A stretch of DNA of 64,000 nt from an uncultured Planctomycetaceae bacterium (GTDB lineage: Bacteria > Planctomycetota > Planctomycetia > Planctomycetales > Planctomycetaceae). Within the stretch, counting starts at the first letter, position 1. The number at the start of each line of letters is the position of its first letter. Below, in pieces: positions 1-15,843 of this stretch. The translations under genes and the position numbers were made by a program. The stretch lies in assembly GCA_963815195.1 (NCBI GenBank), contig CAWFGE010000020.1, positions 64,001-128,000 on the forward strand, in the 5' to 3' direction. Under the pieces are notes generated by a model, which was given only the letters and a program-made list of their open reading frames with translations, was not told where the DNA came from and searched no databases.

Positions 1-203
1 GCCAAATCCCGCAGGTGGATTCCGTGGCGGGCCTGTGGGCGATCGCCGACTGGCACGAACGCGAAGCCTATGACCTCGTGGGCATCGAGTTTTTGAACCA
101 CCCGAACCTCAGGCGCATCCTCTGCCCGGAAGACTGGGTCGGCCATCCATTGCGGAAAGACTACGAGTTCCCGTTGGAATACCACGGCATCCGCGGACGG
201 TGA
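1..203 (+). CDS. nuoC: NADH-quinone oxidoreductase subunit C, C-terminal part (5' end outside window)
   Basis: [36 protein letters not shown] motif; directly upstream of nuoD. Confidence 0.92.
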   Translation, partial: QIPQVDSVAGLWAIADWHEREAYDLVGIEFLNHPNLRRILCPEDWVGHPLRKDYEFPLEYHGIRGR

Positions 204-260
204 TTGTCGTAGACCGGCCAGGCAACGAAACATTTCAGAAGGCACATTTAGGCAACCACA

Positions 261-1499
261 ATGAGCATGCAAATTGAAGACCCGCGGGTGGTCGAGTTCG
301 ATGTCCGCACGGACGAGATGCTGATTAACATGGGGCCGCAGCACCCGAGCACGCATGGCGTCTTGCGGCTGCTGCTGCGGACCGACGGCGAAGTCGTCCG
401 CGAGGTGACGCCCCACATCGGCTACCTGCACCGCTGCGCGGAGAAGATCGGCGAGAACCTCACCCCGGTCCAATGGATTCCCTACACCGACCGCATGGAC
501 TATCTCGCGGCGATGAACATGAACCTGGGCATGGCGCTCGCGGTGGAAAAGCTCCTCAAAATGGAAGTCCCCGAAAAGGCGATGACGCTGCGGGTGATCA
601 TCGCCGAGATGGGCCGGATCGCCAGCCACCTCGTCGGCATGGGGGCTTACGGCTTGGACCTGGGCTCGTTCAGCCCGTTCTTGTACGCCTTCCGCGAACG
701 GGAGATCATTCTCGATCTGTTCGAGGAAGCCTGCGGGGCCCGGCTGACTTACAGCTACCTCACCGTGGGCGGAGCGACGCACGACCTGCCGGATCAAATT
801 ATCATCCCGCCGGGCCTCGCGGCGCTCATCGGCGAAAGCCCGAAGAGAAAACTGCTGTGGACCGAGACGGTGCTGATCTTTCTGGATTGGCTCGTCGAGC
901 GGATCAAGGAATACCACGCTCTCTTGACCCGCAATGCGATCTTCATCAAACGGACCGCCAACCTCGGCGTTCTCTCGCGGGAGGATGCGATCAGCTACGG
1001 CTGCACGGGGCCGGTGCTCAGGGGCAGCGGGGTCGATCATGACCTCCGCCGCGACGGCGAGCCGATCTACACCCGCATGTATGAGGGCTACGACTTCCAA
1101 ATCCCCGTCGCCCCGTTTGCCGACGCCCCGCCGGAAGTGGTCCTAGGCGACAACTGGTGCCGGTTTTACGTCCGCATGCTGGAGGTCGTGCAGGCGATCG
1201 GCCTGGTTCGGCAAGCAATTGCCAGATACCCCAAAGCCGAAGGCACGTACCGCGTGCCTCACAAAATGACCACCAAGCTGCCCCAGGACGAGTGCTATCT
1301 CGAAACCGAATGCCCCCGCGGGCAGATGGGCTTTTACATCGTGGGCAACGGCGAAGCGGAACCCTTCCGCGCCCGGGCGAAAAGCTCCTCGTTCTGCAAT
1401 CTTTCGGTGACAGGCCCCCTTTGTGCTGGCACCCTCATCGCCGACGTCCCCGCCATCGTCGGTTCCCTCGACGTGGTCATGGGCGAGATCGACCGCTAA
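261..1499 (+). CDS. nuoD: NADH-quinone oxidoreductase subunit D
   Basis: NMGPQHPSTHGVLRL, GYLHR, DRMDY and terminal SLDVVMGEIDR motifs. Confidence 0.96.
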   Translation: MSMQIEDPRVVEFDVRTDEMLINMGPQHPSTHGVLRLLLRTDGEVVREVTPHIGYLHRCAEKIGENLTPVQWIPYTDRMDYLAAMNMNLGMALAVEKLLKMEVPEKAMTLRVIIAEMGRIASHLVGMGAYGLDLGSFSPFLYAFREREIILDLFEEACGARLTYSYLTVGGATHDLPDQIIIPPGLAALIGESPKRKLLWTETVLIFLDWLVERIKEYHALLTRNAIFIKRTANLGVLSREDAISYGCTGPVLRGSGVDHDLRRDGEPIYTRMYEGYDFQIPVAPFADAPPEVVLGDNWCRFYVRMLEVVQAIGLVRQAIARYPKAEGTYRVPHKMTTKLPQDECYLETECPRGQMGFYIVGNGEAEPFRARAKSSSFCNLSVTGPLCAGTLIADVPAIVGSLDVVMGEIDR

Positions 1500-1569
1500 A
1501 AGGCGGAGAGCAGAGAGCCAATCCGATCTTCCGGCTCTCCACACTCCGCTCTTGGCTCTCCGCTGACAA

Positions 1570-2829
1570 TCAGCTGATGCTCGGCCAGAAGAGGACGATC
1601 AGCGTGCCGCCTATCAAAGCGAGGCCGAACACGAGGGAGACTTGCTTGAGCAGTTTCCGGCTGCCTAAAAAGGCGACGATGCCCCCTTTGAAGAGCAGGT
1701 TGGAAAGGTAGCCGATCGCGATCATCCGCCAGCCGGTGTCTGCGTCGATTTGATCCTGGACAACCAGCCTCGCCGTGGACAGCGTGATCGCGTCCATGTC
1801 GATCAATCCCGACAGACCGGCGACGGCATACAGGCCCGTGCTGCCGAACCGCTCCTTCGCCGCCGCCACGCCGAACAGCACCACCGCATAGAGTGCGCCG
1901 AACACGAGCGCCGCCTTCAGTTCGGACGGGTTTCGGTTGCCAAATCCCGCTCCGTCTTCCTTGGGCAGCGGCCGGAAGAACGCAAACGCGGCCGTGATCG
2001 CCGCCATCATGCCGGTGAGTGCGGCCATCGGCATCCAAAACCTTAGGATCAACGAGGGAGCCACCAGGCCGACTTCAAACAGCACCCGCCCGAACACCAC
2101 CGTCGACGCCAAGAGGATCACAAGCGTGGCGGCGGCCGGGTTGTCTTGGCCCTTGGTTTGGCGGGAAAATGTGACCGCGGTGGCGGTGCTGGAAATCACG
2201 CCGCCCAGGATCCCGCTCAGCCAGGCCGACGCCTTTTCACCGAGGAACTGGGCCGCGAGATACCCTGCCAGGCTGATGCCGCAAATCAAGACGACCAGCC
2301 GCCAGATGTCGAAGGGATTGAGGACTTTGTAGGGATCGAAATCCAGACTGCGATCGGGCATCAGCGGGAGAATGATGAGCGCGAGGAGCACGAGCTGCAT
2401 GATCGCCCGCACCTCGTCTTTTTCCAGCCGCTCGATAAACCAGTGGATCGGATCTTTCCAATGGAGCAGCACGGCGACGGCTCCGCCTAAGAGGATCGGC
2501 AGCTCCATCGGCAGAAAGATCAAAGCCGCCCCGATTAGAAACATCAAACACGCGGCGACGTGCGTGGTCAGGCCGATCGTCTCCTCGTCTTCCTCATCCC
2601 ATTTGATGAAGGTCCCCAGAACCAACAGCCCCGCCGTCACAAACAGCCCCGCGGGGACCGTCCACACGCTCACGAATTTTGAAAGCACGCCGCAGAGCGT
2701 GCCGAACAGCGTCAACAGGGCAAACGTCCGCACGCCCGCCACATGCGGCGCGGTCCACTCCCGCTGAAACCCCACCAGAAGCCCCAGCCCCAAGGACAAG
2801 GCGAATTTTTCGACCAACTCCCAATCCAT
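1570..2829 (-). CDS. MgtC/SapB-family membrane protein with DUF4010-type C-terminus
   Basis: GLLVGFQRE..AGVRTF N-terminus; GGVISSTATAV; GLIDMDAITLS; many TM segments. Confidence 0.85.
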   Translation of the reverse strand: MDWELVEKFALSLGLGLLVGFQREWTAPHVAGVRTFALLTLFGTLCGVLSKFVSVWTVPAGLFVTAGLLVLGTFIKWDEEDEETIGLTTHVAACLMFLIGAALIFLPMELPILLGGAVAVLLHWKDPIHWFIERLEKDEVRAIMQLVLLALIILPLMPDRSLDFDPYKVLNPFDIWRLVVLICGISLAGYLAAQFLGEKASAWLSGILGGVISSTATAVTFSRQTKGQDNPAAATLVILLASTVVFGRVLFEVGLVAPSLILRFWMPMAALTGMMAAITAAFAFFRPLPKEDGAGFGNRNPSELKAALVFGALYAVVLFGVAAAKERFGSTGLYAVAGLSGLIDMDAITLSTARLVVQDQIDADTGWRMIAIGYLSNLLFKGGIVAFLGSRKLLKQVSLVFGLALIGGTLIVLFWPSIS

Positions 2830-2859
2830 AATCCCTCTGCCGCTTCGCGATTAAGAATT

Positions 2860-3185
2860 CAAAAGATCTGGCTCATTTCGCTTAAACGCAAAGGCGCAGA
2901 GAAAAGCCGCAAAGGCCGCAAAGAGAAACTGCAAAGGGGCTGAGAGTTTTTCTGTGTGTGGAAGTACTTTGGATCGTTCGAGAAATAACTGTCCTGCAAA
3001 AGTGAGCGGCAAGGCGCTAGCCTCCGGTTTTTCCCATCTTTTTCCCATCCGAAGAACCGGTGGCTAGCGCCGTTCCGCTCAGTTATTTATCGAAGGATGC
3101 TTAAACTGCGCCGACGAGCCGTGCCTTTCTTCATGCTTTGTGTTCTTTGCGTCTTCTCTTTGCGTCTTTGCGTTAGATCTTTTGC
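2860..3185. repeat. Nested intergenic palindromes: outer CGCAAAG-type inverted arrays, 20-bp imperfect IR, inner GCGCTAGC REP-like hairpin
   Basis: ~2885-2923 vs ~3137-3175 inverted; 2971-2990 vs 3081-3100 match 17/20; 3003-3081 hairpin tgagcggcaaggcgctagcc..ggctagcgccgttccgctca. Confidence 0.8.
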
Positions 3186-6138
3186 TCACTCCGGCAGGTC
3201 AATGGGGACTTTGCCGCCCAGGTATCGCCAGTTTTTGATGAACGAAATCAGATCGGCCATTTGCTGTTTGGAGATGTTTTTCTCCAAACCCACGGGCATC
3301 AGCGAGACGCCATCCGATTTCAGGACCTCGATTTCGCTGCGGAGGATCGTGGCGGTTTTGGCTTCGGGTTGTTTGAGGGTCAGCGAGGTTTCGGTTTCGG
3401 TCTCGATGATGCCCGTCAAGCGTTTCGCCGGCGGTGGTCAGCACGGTGAAGCTGAAATAGTTGTTGTCGATGGCCCGGTTGGGATCGAGGATGTCGGTGA
3501 GGAGTGCCGCGGGTTGGCGGGTGCGGGAGTCGGCGATGTCCGGGGCGACGTTGACGCCGTCGCTGCCAACGCGATGGCACGCAGCGCAGTTCTTCACAAA
3601 CACCGCCCGCCCGCGGTCGGGGTCGGCGGAGAGAGACAGAGCGGCTTCGATAGTCGTTCAGAACTTCCCGCCGGTCCTGCGGAATGGCGGCGGCCAGAAG
3701 TTTCTTCGCCTACTTTTTGAACGTCCTGGTCGCGATGTCCGGTCAGGCGTTTTACCTGGGCCGGGCTGAGTTCGTTCACCGCGAGTTTTTTCGCGGCAAC
3801 CGCATCGAGCAAAGCCCGCGTGCGATCGGTGTTCGCGAGAAGACAATCCAAAATCGCCCGCCGCACCGCTGGCGTGTTCGCGCGAAAATCGGTCAAAAGT
3901 TTGAGGGCGATGTCTGGATCGGACAACCGGGCCAACAGCCCGATGGCTTGGACCCGCAGCGACTGGTTCGGCTCTTTCGTCGCCAGGTCTTTGAGTACCG
4001 GCCCGGCGATTTTCGCATCGGCAAACCGCAAAAGCTCCAGACCCGCGAGCCGGCGGCTCATGGGTTTTTTGGAGGAAGCGGCATCCTGGGCGGCCGTCTG
4101 GAACACGCGGGACATGGCCTGTTGCGAAGTGTCCGGCATGGCTTGGATTTGACTGGCGAGCGATTGCCGGCGGCGGGCCAGGCCTTCGCCCAATCCGATC
4201 AAAATCGGCTCGGCGACTTGCGGCGAGTCGGCGTGATTCGTCGCCAGCGTTTCCAACACCCGCCGAATTTCTCCGGGCTGATTCTGCGAACCGAGGACCT
4301 CGGCCACGCCCTGAAGCAGCGGTTTCGCGTCGGCACCTTTCGGCAACTGATCCAAAATCGAAAGCAACAGCCCCGCCGTGTGATCGCCGACGGAAGACAA
4401 CACCGCCGCGCGGGTCCATTCCTCTTGGGGCGCCTGCACCGCGATCTTCGCAAGCAACGGCCGGGTGTGGTCTTGATTCTTGACTTCCCCCAGGCTCAAC
4501 GCCAGTTGGAATCGCAAGCGGGCATCCGGATGATCGGCGAACGCCGCGAATTTTTGTTGCAACTCGGCGTTTTTAGAAAGCCAAGGCTCCGCAAGACGGA
4601 TCGCCTGCTCGATCACGCGCGGATGCGGATCGTTTAAGGCTTGAGCAATCACTTCCGGCGTCAACTTATCAAGTCCCCGAAGAGCCCAAAGGGCACGCAC
4701 CCGGCCTTCGGGAGTTTTTCCCTCGGCAACCAGGGACTTGAGAGGGGCAATGCACCCGGCGTCTTGCCTTTCATAAATCAACCGCGCCGCCGTTTCTCGC
4801 TGCCAACTGTTGGGATGATCCAATAACTTCACCCAATCCGCCGGCGAGAGGTTGGCGAGGGAGCCGGATTCGCTGCGTTTTGGCAGTTGGCCGGACTTGG
4901 GGACGATGCGGTAAATTCGGCCGCGGTCGTTGCCGTCGGTCAGGTCGCGGCGGGTTTTGAGTTCGGTGGGCATGAACTGCGGATGCTCGATCACCGCCCG
5001 ATACATATCGACAACATACAGCGCCCCGTCGGGAGCATTCGCCAGGTTCACCGCCCGGAACCAGGGATCCCGGCTCGCGAGAAATTCCACGCCTTCGCGG
5101 CCGTAATGCGAAGTGAACGTCGCCCCGTCGGGCGAAAGCACATCACGGTGCACGAGGCTGCCGGTCGGCTCGCAGGTGAAACTGTTCCCGCGAAATTCTG
5201 TGGGCAAAGCGTCGCCTTGATAAATCGTCACCCCGCAAGCCGCCGTGAATTGGCCGGCATGCAGCGTCGAGGTCGTCCAGGCTTTGGTCAGCGGATACAC
5301 GCGGGAGGCTTCGCCTGCGGGCGCAACATCGTTGGCGACCTGGCTCACGGCGAGGTTGGGATTGCGGGCGAGATATTCGCTTTCGAGGACGATGTGTTTC
5401 GAGGGGTTGCGGTTGCTGCACACGAAGCGGTTTCCGAAGGCGTCGAAGGTCAAGCCCGAACTGCCCCACGCCCGAGATCGCGGCATAGGTTTCGGAGAGC
5501 GGATCGAAACGAAAATCCCGCCCGCTGATGGAGATGGGCTTTCCGCCGATTTTCGCGACCACGCCGCCCCGCAAGCCGTTGGCGATGTAAACCTGGTTGT
5601 CCAATCCGAAGGTGGGATGATTGGCCCGCAGTTGCGGGTTTTCTTCCGTGAAGCCGGTGAACCAGGTTTCCCGCTCGACGATGCCGTCGCCATTCTCATC
5701 CTGAAAATACGCCACCTTTCCGGACATCGTCACGATCACGCCGCCTTTCCAGGGTTGCACGCCGTTGGCGAACAGCAGGTTGTCGGCAAAGACCTCGGCG
5801 GTTTCATAAAACCCATCGCCGTCCTGGTCTTTGAGGAGTTTGATCCGCGACTTCGGGGATTCGCCCGGCGCGGGGCCGTTGGGATAGTCCCGCATCTCGG
5901 CGACCCACAATCGGCCTTGTTCATCGAATGCCATCGCCACCGGATCGACCACCTGCGGCTCGCACGCGACCAGTTCGACTTTGAGATCCGGATGCGTCAC
6001 CAGGGAGTTGAGCGAATCCCGCGGCGACACCGGCCCGGCGATCGCCTCCGTTTTTTCCTCCGCCGGAGCAAAGTTCCCAAGGGGCAATAACCCGCCGAGA
6101 ATCAATCCCAGCAAATGTCGCAATCGGCAATGGCTCAT
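3186..6138 (-). CDS. PVC-type heme-binding CxxCH protein (dehydrogenase-like propeller, HEAT repeats, cytochrome c); split by several frameshifts
   Basis: Pieces 5143-6138, 3594-5699, 3199-3603 and 3186-3419 join into one protein: signal peptide, DPVAMAFDEQGRLWV, DGALYVVDMYR, CAACH, SLMPVGLE. Confidence 0.85.
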
Positions 6139-6406
6139 CGTTTTCCCGTCTGAAGGTTTGAGTGGTCAAGTGTTGGAATCTTCGCTTATCACCATACTCA
6201 GCCGCCGCCGTCGATGCCAGCGCCGACGGGACGCGCGAGATCCGCGAACTGATTGCACGTGGGGATGAATCCCTGTATTCTGGGAGAGTGGAGGAGTTTT
6301 TCTGGTGGAGAATTCCTCAGCAGCGTAGCGGCATCCGGCCCATCACATTCTGATGGCCGGTTTTTAATCATTGAGACTCACCGATCCTCTCGGTTAAGCG
6401 GCAACG

Positions 6407-9976
<3,570 letters not shown>

Positions 9977-10413
9977 TCTGGGAGCCTCCGCCCCAGGAGC
10001 CGTTCTGATTATAATCCCAAAGCGGCAACGACTGGTGACAAACTGGAAAACCCCGCGCTAACGCCCGGCGGTTGATGAAGTCATCCGCCAAAACTCGCTC
10101 GCGGCCGGTTCCTTGACTGGAAAAGAACAAAACTGCGGGCGACCTAGATGTTTATTTCGTAAGTTTCCCGGCAGCTTTATTAGCCCGAAGCGCACGCGAG
10201 GGTCTTCGTAAGTTAAACCCTCGCTTTTGCTTCGGGCTAGAATTTGTTTCACGATGACTTCCCAAGAACTTGCAAAACGAACATCTAGCCCACGGTTCCG
10301 CGGTCGATGCGAAGAAACCGACGCCAGCGCGTGCCGGCTGATTGATCCCGGCGAGCCGTCCGGGTTCGAAAACCAACTCGATGCACGATGTTTTCGAGAG
10401 ATGAAGGTCTGGA

Positions 10414-11898
10414 ATGCGAATTCTGCTTGCAAGTTCGGAGGCGGTTCCGTTTGCCAAGACGGGCGGGCTGGCGGATGTGGCGTCCGCATTGTCCAAAGCC
10501 CTCAAAGACGCCGGGCACGAGGTGACATTGATCCTCCCGAATTATCCCCGGCGGATGGCCAGGCCAGGCGGACTCGCGGACTCCGTTTTCGAAACCGGAG
10601 CGGCGGTCGATGTGCCCATTCGCTCGGATCGTGTCCCGGGGCGATTGCTGGAAACCCGGCTGCCCGATTCCGACGTGCGGGTGCTTCTCGTCGATTGCCC
10701 CGAGTATTTCGACCGCGAAGGTTTGTACGGCGGCGAGGGGCGGGACTATATCGACAACTGCGAGCGGTTCGTGTTTTTCAGCCGGGCCGTGCTGCAAGCG
10801 GCCGTGGCCCTCAACCTCCGACCGGAAGTCATCCACGCCAACGATTGGCAAACCGGCCTCATTCCCGCGCTTCTGCAAATCGAAGAGCGGGGCAAGCCGC
10901 CTTTGGGAAGAACCGCGTCGGTGTTCACGATTCACAACATGGCCTTTCACGGCTCGTTCTGGCATTTTGACATGCCTTTGACCGGTCTCGATTGGCGGTA
11001 CTTCAATTTTCATCAAATGGAATTTCACGGCAAGCTTAGCCTGCTGAAAACGGGGATCGTGTTCGCCGACCAGATCACCACGGTCAGCCCCAGTTATGCC
11101 CGCGAGATTCAGACGCCGGATTTCGGCTGCGGACTGGATGGCGTGCTCGCCGGCCTGCGCGCGGATTTGACGGGGATCCTCAACGGCATCGATCCCGGCG
11201 TCTGGAACCCGGCCGCCGACCCCGCGCTGCCCGCGAACTACAGCGCCGAAACCTGGCAAGAGCCCGGCGGAAAGCCGGCGTGCAAGCGGGCTTTGCAGGA
11301 AGAGTTTCATTTGCCGGCGCGATCGGATATCCCCCTCTTCGGCATGATCTCGCGGATCACCGAGCAGAAAGGGTTCGATCTCATCCGGGACAAGATGCAC
11401 GAGTTCTTGAAACGCGACGTGCAGTTTTGCATTTTGGGGAGCGGCGAACCGCAAATCGAGGCCTGGCTCAAAGATCTCGCCCGCGATGACTCCGAACGCG
11501 TGGCCGTGCGGGTCGGGTTTGACGAAGGCCTCGCCCACCGCATCGAAGCCGGCTGCGACGCCTTCCTGATGCCCAGCCGCTTCGAGCCGTGCGGCCTCAA
11601 TCAGATGTATAGCCTGCGCTATGGCACCGTGCCCGTCGTGCATGCCGTGGGCGGATTGGCCGATACCGTCGTCGATGCGAGCGAGTACAACCTCAACAAT
11701 GCCACCGCCAACGGGTTCAGCTTCTACGACTACACCGCCCGCGCGTTCGCTCACACGATGCGGCGTGCGATCGATCTCTTCCAAAACCGGGACGCCTGGT
11801 CGCAGCTTGTCGCAACCGGAATGCGTCAAGACTGGTCCTGGAAGCCCCGCGCGGAGGCCTATCTCGCCGTCTATGAAAAAGCATTGGCGAAGCTCTAA
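10414..11898 (+). CDS. glgA: Glycogen synthase
   Basis: KTGGLADV, HANDWQTG, TIHN, PSRFEPCGLNQ, GGLADTV. Confidence 0.96.
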   Translation: MRILLASSEAVPFAKTGGLADVASALSKALKDAGHEVTLILPNYPRRMARPGGLADSVFETGAAVDVPIRSDRVPGRLLETRLPDSDVRVLLVDCPEYFDREGLYGGEGRDYIDNCERFVFFSRAVLQAAVALNLRPEVIHANDWQTGLIPALLQIEERGKPPLGRTASVFTIHNMAFHGSFWHFDMPLTGLDWRYFNFHQMEFHGKLSLLKTGIVFADQITTVSPSYAREIQTPDFGCGLDGVLAGLRADLTGILNGIDPGVWNPAADPALPANYSAETWQEPGGKPACKRALQEEFHLPARSDIPLFGMISRITEQKGFDLIRDKMHEFLKRDVQFCILGSGEPQIEAWLKDLARDDSERVAVRVGFDEGLAHRIEAGCDAFLMPSRFEPCGLNQMYSLRYGTVPVVHAVGGLADTVVDASEYNLNNATANGFSFYDYTARAFAHTMRRAIDLFQNRDAWSQLVATGMRQDWSWKPRAEAYLAVYEKALAKL

Positions 11899-11925
11899 CC
11901 CCCTCGATGCCGAGCGCGCCCCATC

Positions 11926-11981
11926 AAGAGCCGCGCACGCAGTAAGCGGAACAGGCACCGCTTACTGCATGCGCGGCTCTT
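11926..11981. repeat. REP-like hairpin (GAGCCGCG..GTAAGCGG family) between convergent genes; possible terminator
   Basis: aagagccgcgcacgcagtaagcgg / ccgcttactgcatgcgcggctctt; second copy at 46029-46098. Confidence 0.8.
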
Positions 11982-11999
11982 TGTCTTTTCGTGGCGGCG

Positions 12000-12443
12000 T
12001 CAATTCCCCGTGAAGAGGTCCCACAGTCGCGGGGTGAAGATCAACAGCACGATGGCGATGGCTCCGAGGATGGTCATAAACACGCCGGCGGTGGCGATGC
12101 GGCGGGCGGTTTGGATGGATTCGGAGAGGTGGTGGCTTAGGTTCCGGAACACGGCCCTGATGACGAGATGAAACAGTTCCGCCGAGAACACCATCGTGAA
12201 GCTTACAATGAGCAGGCCCCATTCGAAGAGCGAAATCCCCAAGACCAACGCCGCGGTCGTCACGATCGTGGCGAGGAACAAGTGCACGAACAGCGTGCTG
12301 TCGGTGCGGAAGCCTTCGGTCAAGCCGCGCTCGGCTTCCACCAGCCGCCGCCGCCAGGGAGACCGCCGGCGGTCCGCGTTCGAGAGGGCGGGCGCATCGT
12401 CAGGAGGCGTGTGAGGCCGCAGTTTGACGGGAGGTTGGGCCAT
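12000..12443 (-). CDS. dgkA: Prokaryotic diacylglycerol kinase family membrane protein (divergent)
   Basis: Size, three TM helices and AEL segment fit the DgkA fold; several catalytic residues appear substituted. Confidence 0.65.
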   Translation of the reverse strand: MAQPPVKLRPHTPPDDAPALSNADRRRSPWRRRLVEAERGLTEGFRTDSTLFVHLFLATIVTTAALVLGISLFEWGLLIVSFTMVFSAELFHLVIRAVFRNLSHHLSESIQTARRIATAGVFMTILGAIAIVLLIFTPRLWDLFTGN

Positions 12444-12451
12444 AATCGAAG

Positions 12452-15400
12452 TTACCGGTTAAGTCCTGAGCCAAAAGGAGATCCCGCACGGTTCGGCGCG
12501 AGCAAGGCCCCGAGCCGCGGTTCGACCGCGATGGAGAAGCCGGCGTTGCCTTTGCTCTGGTCGTAAGTCGCCCCCAAGTGGAACAGGAAATCCGCTCCGA
12601 TGCGGGTGACGGTCATGGTCTGTCCGATGTTGCGGGCTTCGGCCACGTCGAAGGAGGTCCCGAACGTGGAAGCCCACTTGGGGCTCATTTGATAGGTCAT
12701 GGCGACCACGCCGATCTGGCTGTTGAGCACGCCGCCGCCTTTGACTTGCGTGAGTCCCAGATACAGGCTGCCGCGCTGGGTCCGCTGGCTTTGGACGCCG
12801 ATGTCCCAGAGCTGCTGCGCGCCCTGGAACAGATCGTAATAGGCGTTGGCGAGCACGGTGGTGCGGTCGCCGATAAACCATTGATAGCGTCCGCTCAAGA
12901 GACCCAAGTCCTGGCCGAAGTTGTCGCGGTTCGCCTGCGGGAAATAGGAGCCTTCGAGGTCCAAGGTCATCCAGTCCTTGATCCGCAGGCGATGCGGCGG
13001 ACCGACTTTGGTTTGCAGGCGATGCCTCCAGGCCAACCGCAAGACCTGCTGGTCGTCGAGCAATTCGTTGTAGGGGTCGGTCACGCTGCGGCCGGCCCCG
13101 GTGCGGACGGCGTAGAAGCGGGGATCGAAAATCGCGGGCACGCTGCCGGGCGGGAGGATGCCGTAGGTGTTAAACGGAAACCGCTGCCGAAACCGCTCCT
13201 GGGCGTTGTCGTCGATTTCGTTGTACTGCGGGATGTTGCCCAGCGAGGTCGAGGAGTTCGTGTAGGCGTATTCGGATTCGAGCACCATCTTGTGAGCCAG
13301 GCCGTTGACGTTGAGCAGCCGGCTTTGCACATAGGGGAACACCCGCCAGGCAAAGATGCTGCCCCTAAGTCCCAGGCTGCCCACGAGCCGGCCCAAGGGA
13401 TCGCCGTTGATGTCCTGGCTCCAAAACGCCGCTTCCCCCAAGGCATAGGGAACCATCTGCACGGGGCCCAGATTGAAGGGGGCATCGAGTTCGTGCCGGG
13501 AATACGTGACGAGCCCTTCGCTGTTCACAAGATAGGGAATCGGCGTGAAGATATCCTGCTGCGGATTGTATGGAGCCTGGGCCCTTCGCAACCGGCCGTA
13601 CCCCAACTCGGAATGGCTGCTCCAGTTCACCGCGCCGTTCAAAACCGGCTCGGAGAGCACGTAATAATCGCCGCGGGGCAGCCATTCGGTCGTGTTTTCA
13701 AAATCGTTGGCCTGCGGGCGGAAAATCCCGGTGAGCGCGGTATTTTGCGTCTGGAGTTGCCGGAAGTAGAGCAGCGTCTCCTGGTCTTTGCCGTTGTCGA
13801 ATTCGCTCTCGTGGTATTGCTCCAGGAAGTTGCGGTCCGAGAGCAAGCCCACTTCGGCGATGAGGTCGATGTTGTAATCGAGCTTCAAAAACTCCCGCAG
13901 GCTCACGCGGTAGCGGTTGTTGGTCTCTGGGGTCAAGCTTCGGCGGTCGAGGCCCAGGTTGTCCTTGCCGGTGTCGTGAATGTAATAGGCCAATCCCTGG
14001 CCGAAGTAGGGGCCTCCGATGCCGAAGAAGTTCGTGCCCGAAAAATTGGCCTGTGTGCCGAGGCCCGGCCCGCGGTAGGAGCGGTAATCGGTCAACAAAT
14101 CCCAGTTGCCGTTGGGCGGGTTTTCCAGGCCGAGGATTTTGTACAAATCCCAGGCGAAGCGGACCTGGGTCCCGAAGATCCGGTCTTGGCCGAACGTGGA
14201 CCGCCTGAGCGGAATGCTGGGATCCTGGGCGGGGACACTCACGCGGGGCAGGTAAAACAACGGCACATCGCCCACGAAAAAGGTGTTGTTCCGGCTGGTG
14301 ATCCAGGAGGATTCGCGGGGGACCACGGCTCCCGTGACGGGATCCCGCGGCACATCGCCGAACAGCCCCCAAGGTTCGGACACCCGCTTTTCCAAAAACA
14401 CGTCGGAGGCCTGAATGCGATAGCCGGGCTTGCCGAACTCGCTGGCGGTGGCCCAGGCGTTTTGAGCGAAATAGGTATCGCGGTTGAGCTGCCGCATCCG
14501 CTCCGCCCGCACGCGGACTTCGCTTTGCAGCTGCGGGACGAACTGCCGAAGCTCTGCGTCGAGCAACAGTGCCCGGTCTTCGCGGGCATCGTAAATCGCC
14601 CGGTTCGCGCGAACGAAGTTCAATCCCTGGCGAATTTCGATGTTGCCTTCCAAGTACACTTGAAACGGCGTATCGCTGGATTGCACCGTCTCGGGCTGGA
14701 ATTCCGGGTTGTTCTGGCGGGTCCAGATCACCACGCGGTCCGCCGACAAATCCACGACCCCGTATCCCTCCACGCCGTCGATCAAGATGTTGATCCCGCC
14801 CGTGAGCAGCCACACCTGTTCGGGCGGCGTGGTGTTCTGGGGCGGATAGGTCACGATGTTCAACGGCACGCCGTAGCGGGGCAGCACCCGCACTCGGCGG
14901 ATGCCTCCGCCCGGCGGTTGGATTTGCACGCTCCGAAGTTCCCCGGGCTCGCCGTTGGGGACGACGAGTTGCGTGGGATCGAGCACGGCCCGGTTGGCGG
15001 CTTCCATCCGCGCTTTGGCCCGCTTGTAGAGCCCGTCCTCCGCGAGGGGTTTGCCCTGGGCTCGATGCCGGGCGTTGAGCGCCACGCCGTTTCGCGTGAC
15101 GAGGTTCAAGAACATGGATTGCTCGGAAATCGACTTCCCCGGCCGATCCAAGAGCACGTCGCCTTCCACATAGATAATCAACCGGTCCCGGCGGATGGAT
15201 TGGCTGGGATCGGTCCGCTGCCAGATCACCATCTTCTGGCCGAACAACGTCGTCGTGCCCTGCACGACCCGGCAACGTCCCCGCAGCACGGCAATCTGAT
15301 CCTTGCCTTCCGTCCACTCCTGCGAGATGTCGGCGTCGATCGCGATGGAATCCATCTCGGTCGTCGTGTCCCGGCTTCGCGGATTGGCGTCGGATTCCGG

Positions 15401-15843
15401 GAGCGGATCCTCATAAGAATTGCCGACGGGCGGTTCGGCGCGGCGCCGGGGGGATTTGCTGCGAGCTCGATTTCCTCGACCCGCGCGGACCCAACTTCGC
15501 CCGCGGGTGCCGGCGGAACCAGGGTCTCTCCACCGGCCGCCGGGGGCCTGAGGTCTTCAAACTTTGGCGGCTGTTTTGGCGGAGGCTCGCCGAAGCGGGA
15601 GAACGGCTCGCCGGCCGGGAGGTTCGATTCCGGCGGCGGAGTGGCTTTCGTCGGGGGTTCGCCCTCGGTGGTTTGCCCGCGCACGCCGGTCCGCAACACC
15701 CCTGCGGAAACCGCCAAAACCAGGGCGGCAAACAGGGTGCCCAGCACCAAACTGCGCAAATAGGACGTTACGCCCGTCACGGGCACACCCCGAACTTCCA
15801 ATTCGATGTGGAACGGCTCAGTCGTTGATTCATCGTCCGCCAC
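12452..15843 (-). CDS. lptD: LPS-assembly outer-membrane protein LptD/OstA-like; frameshift near 15360-15500
   Basis: 967-aa beta-rich ORF (SDRNFLEQY, VPLFYLP) plus upstream hydrophobic/Pro-rich N-terminal piece; adjacent to a SurA-like gene. Confidence 0.7.
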
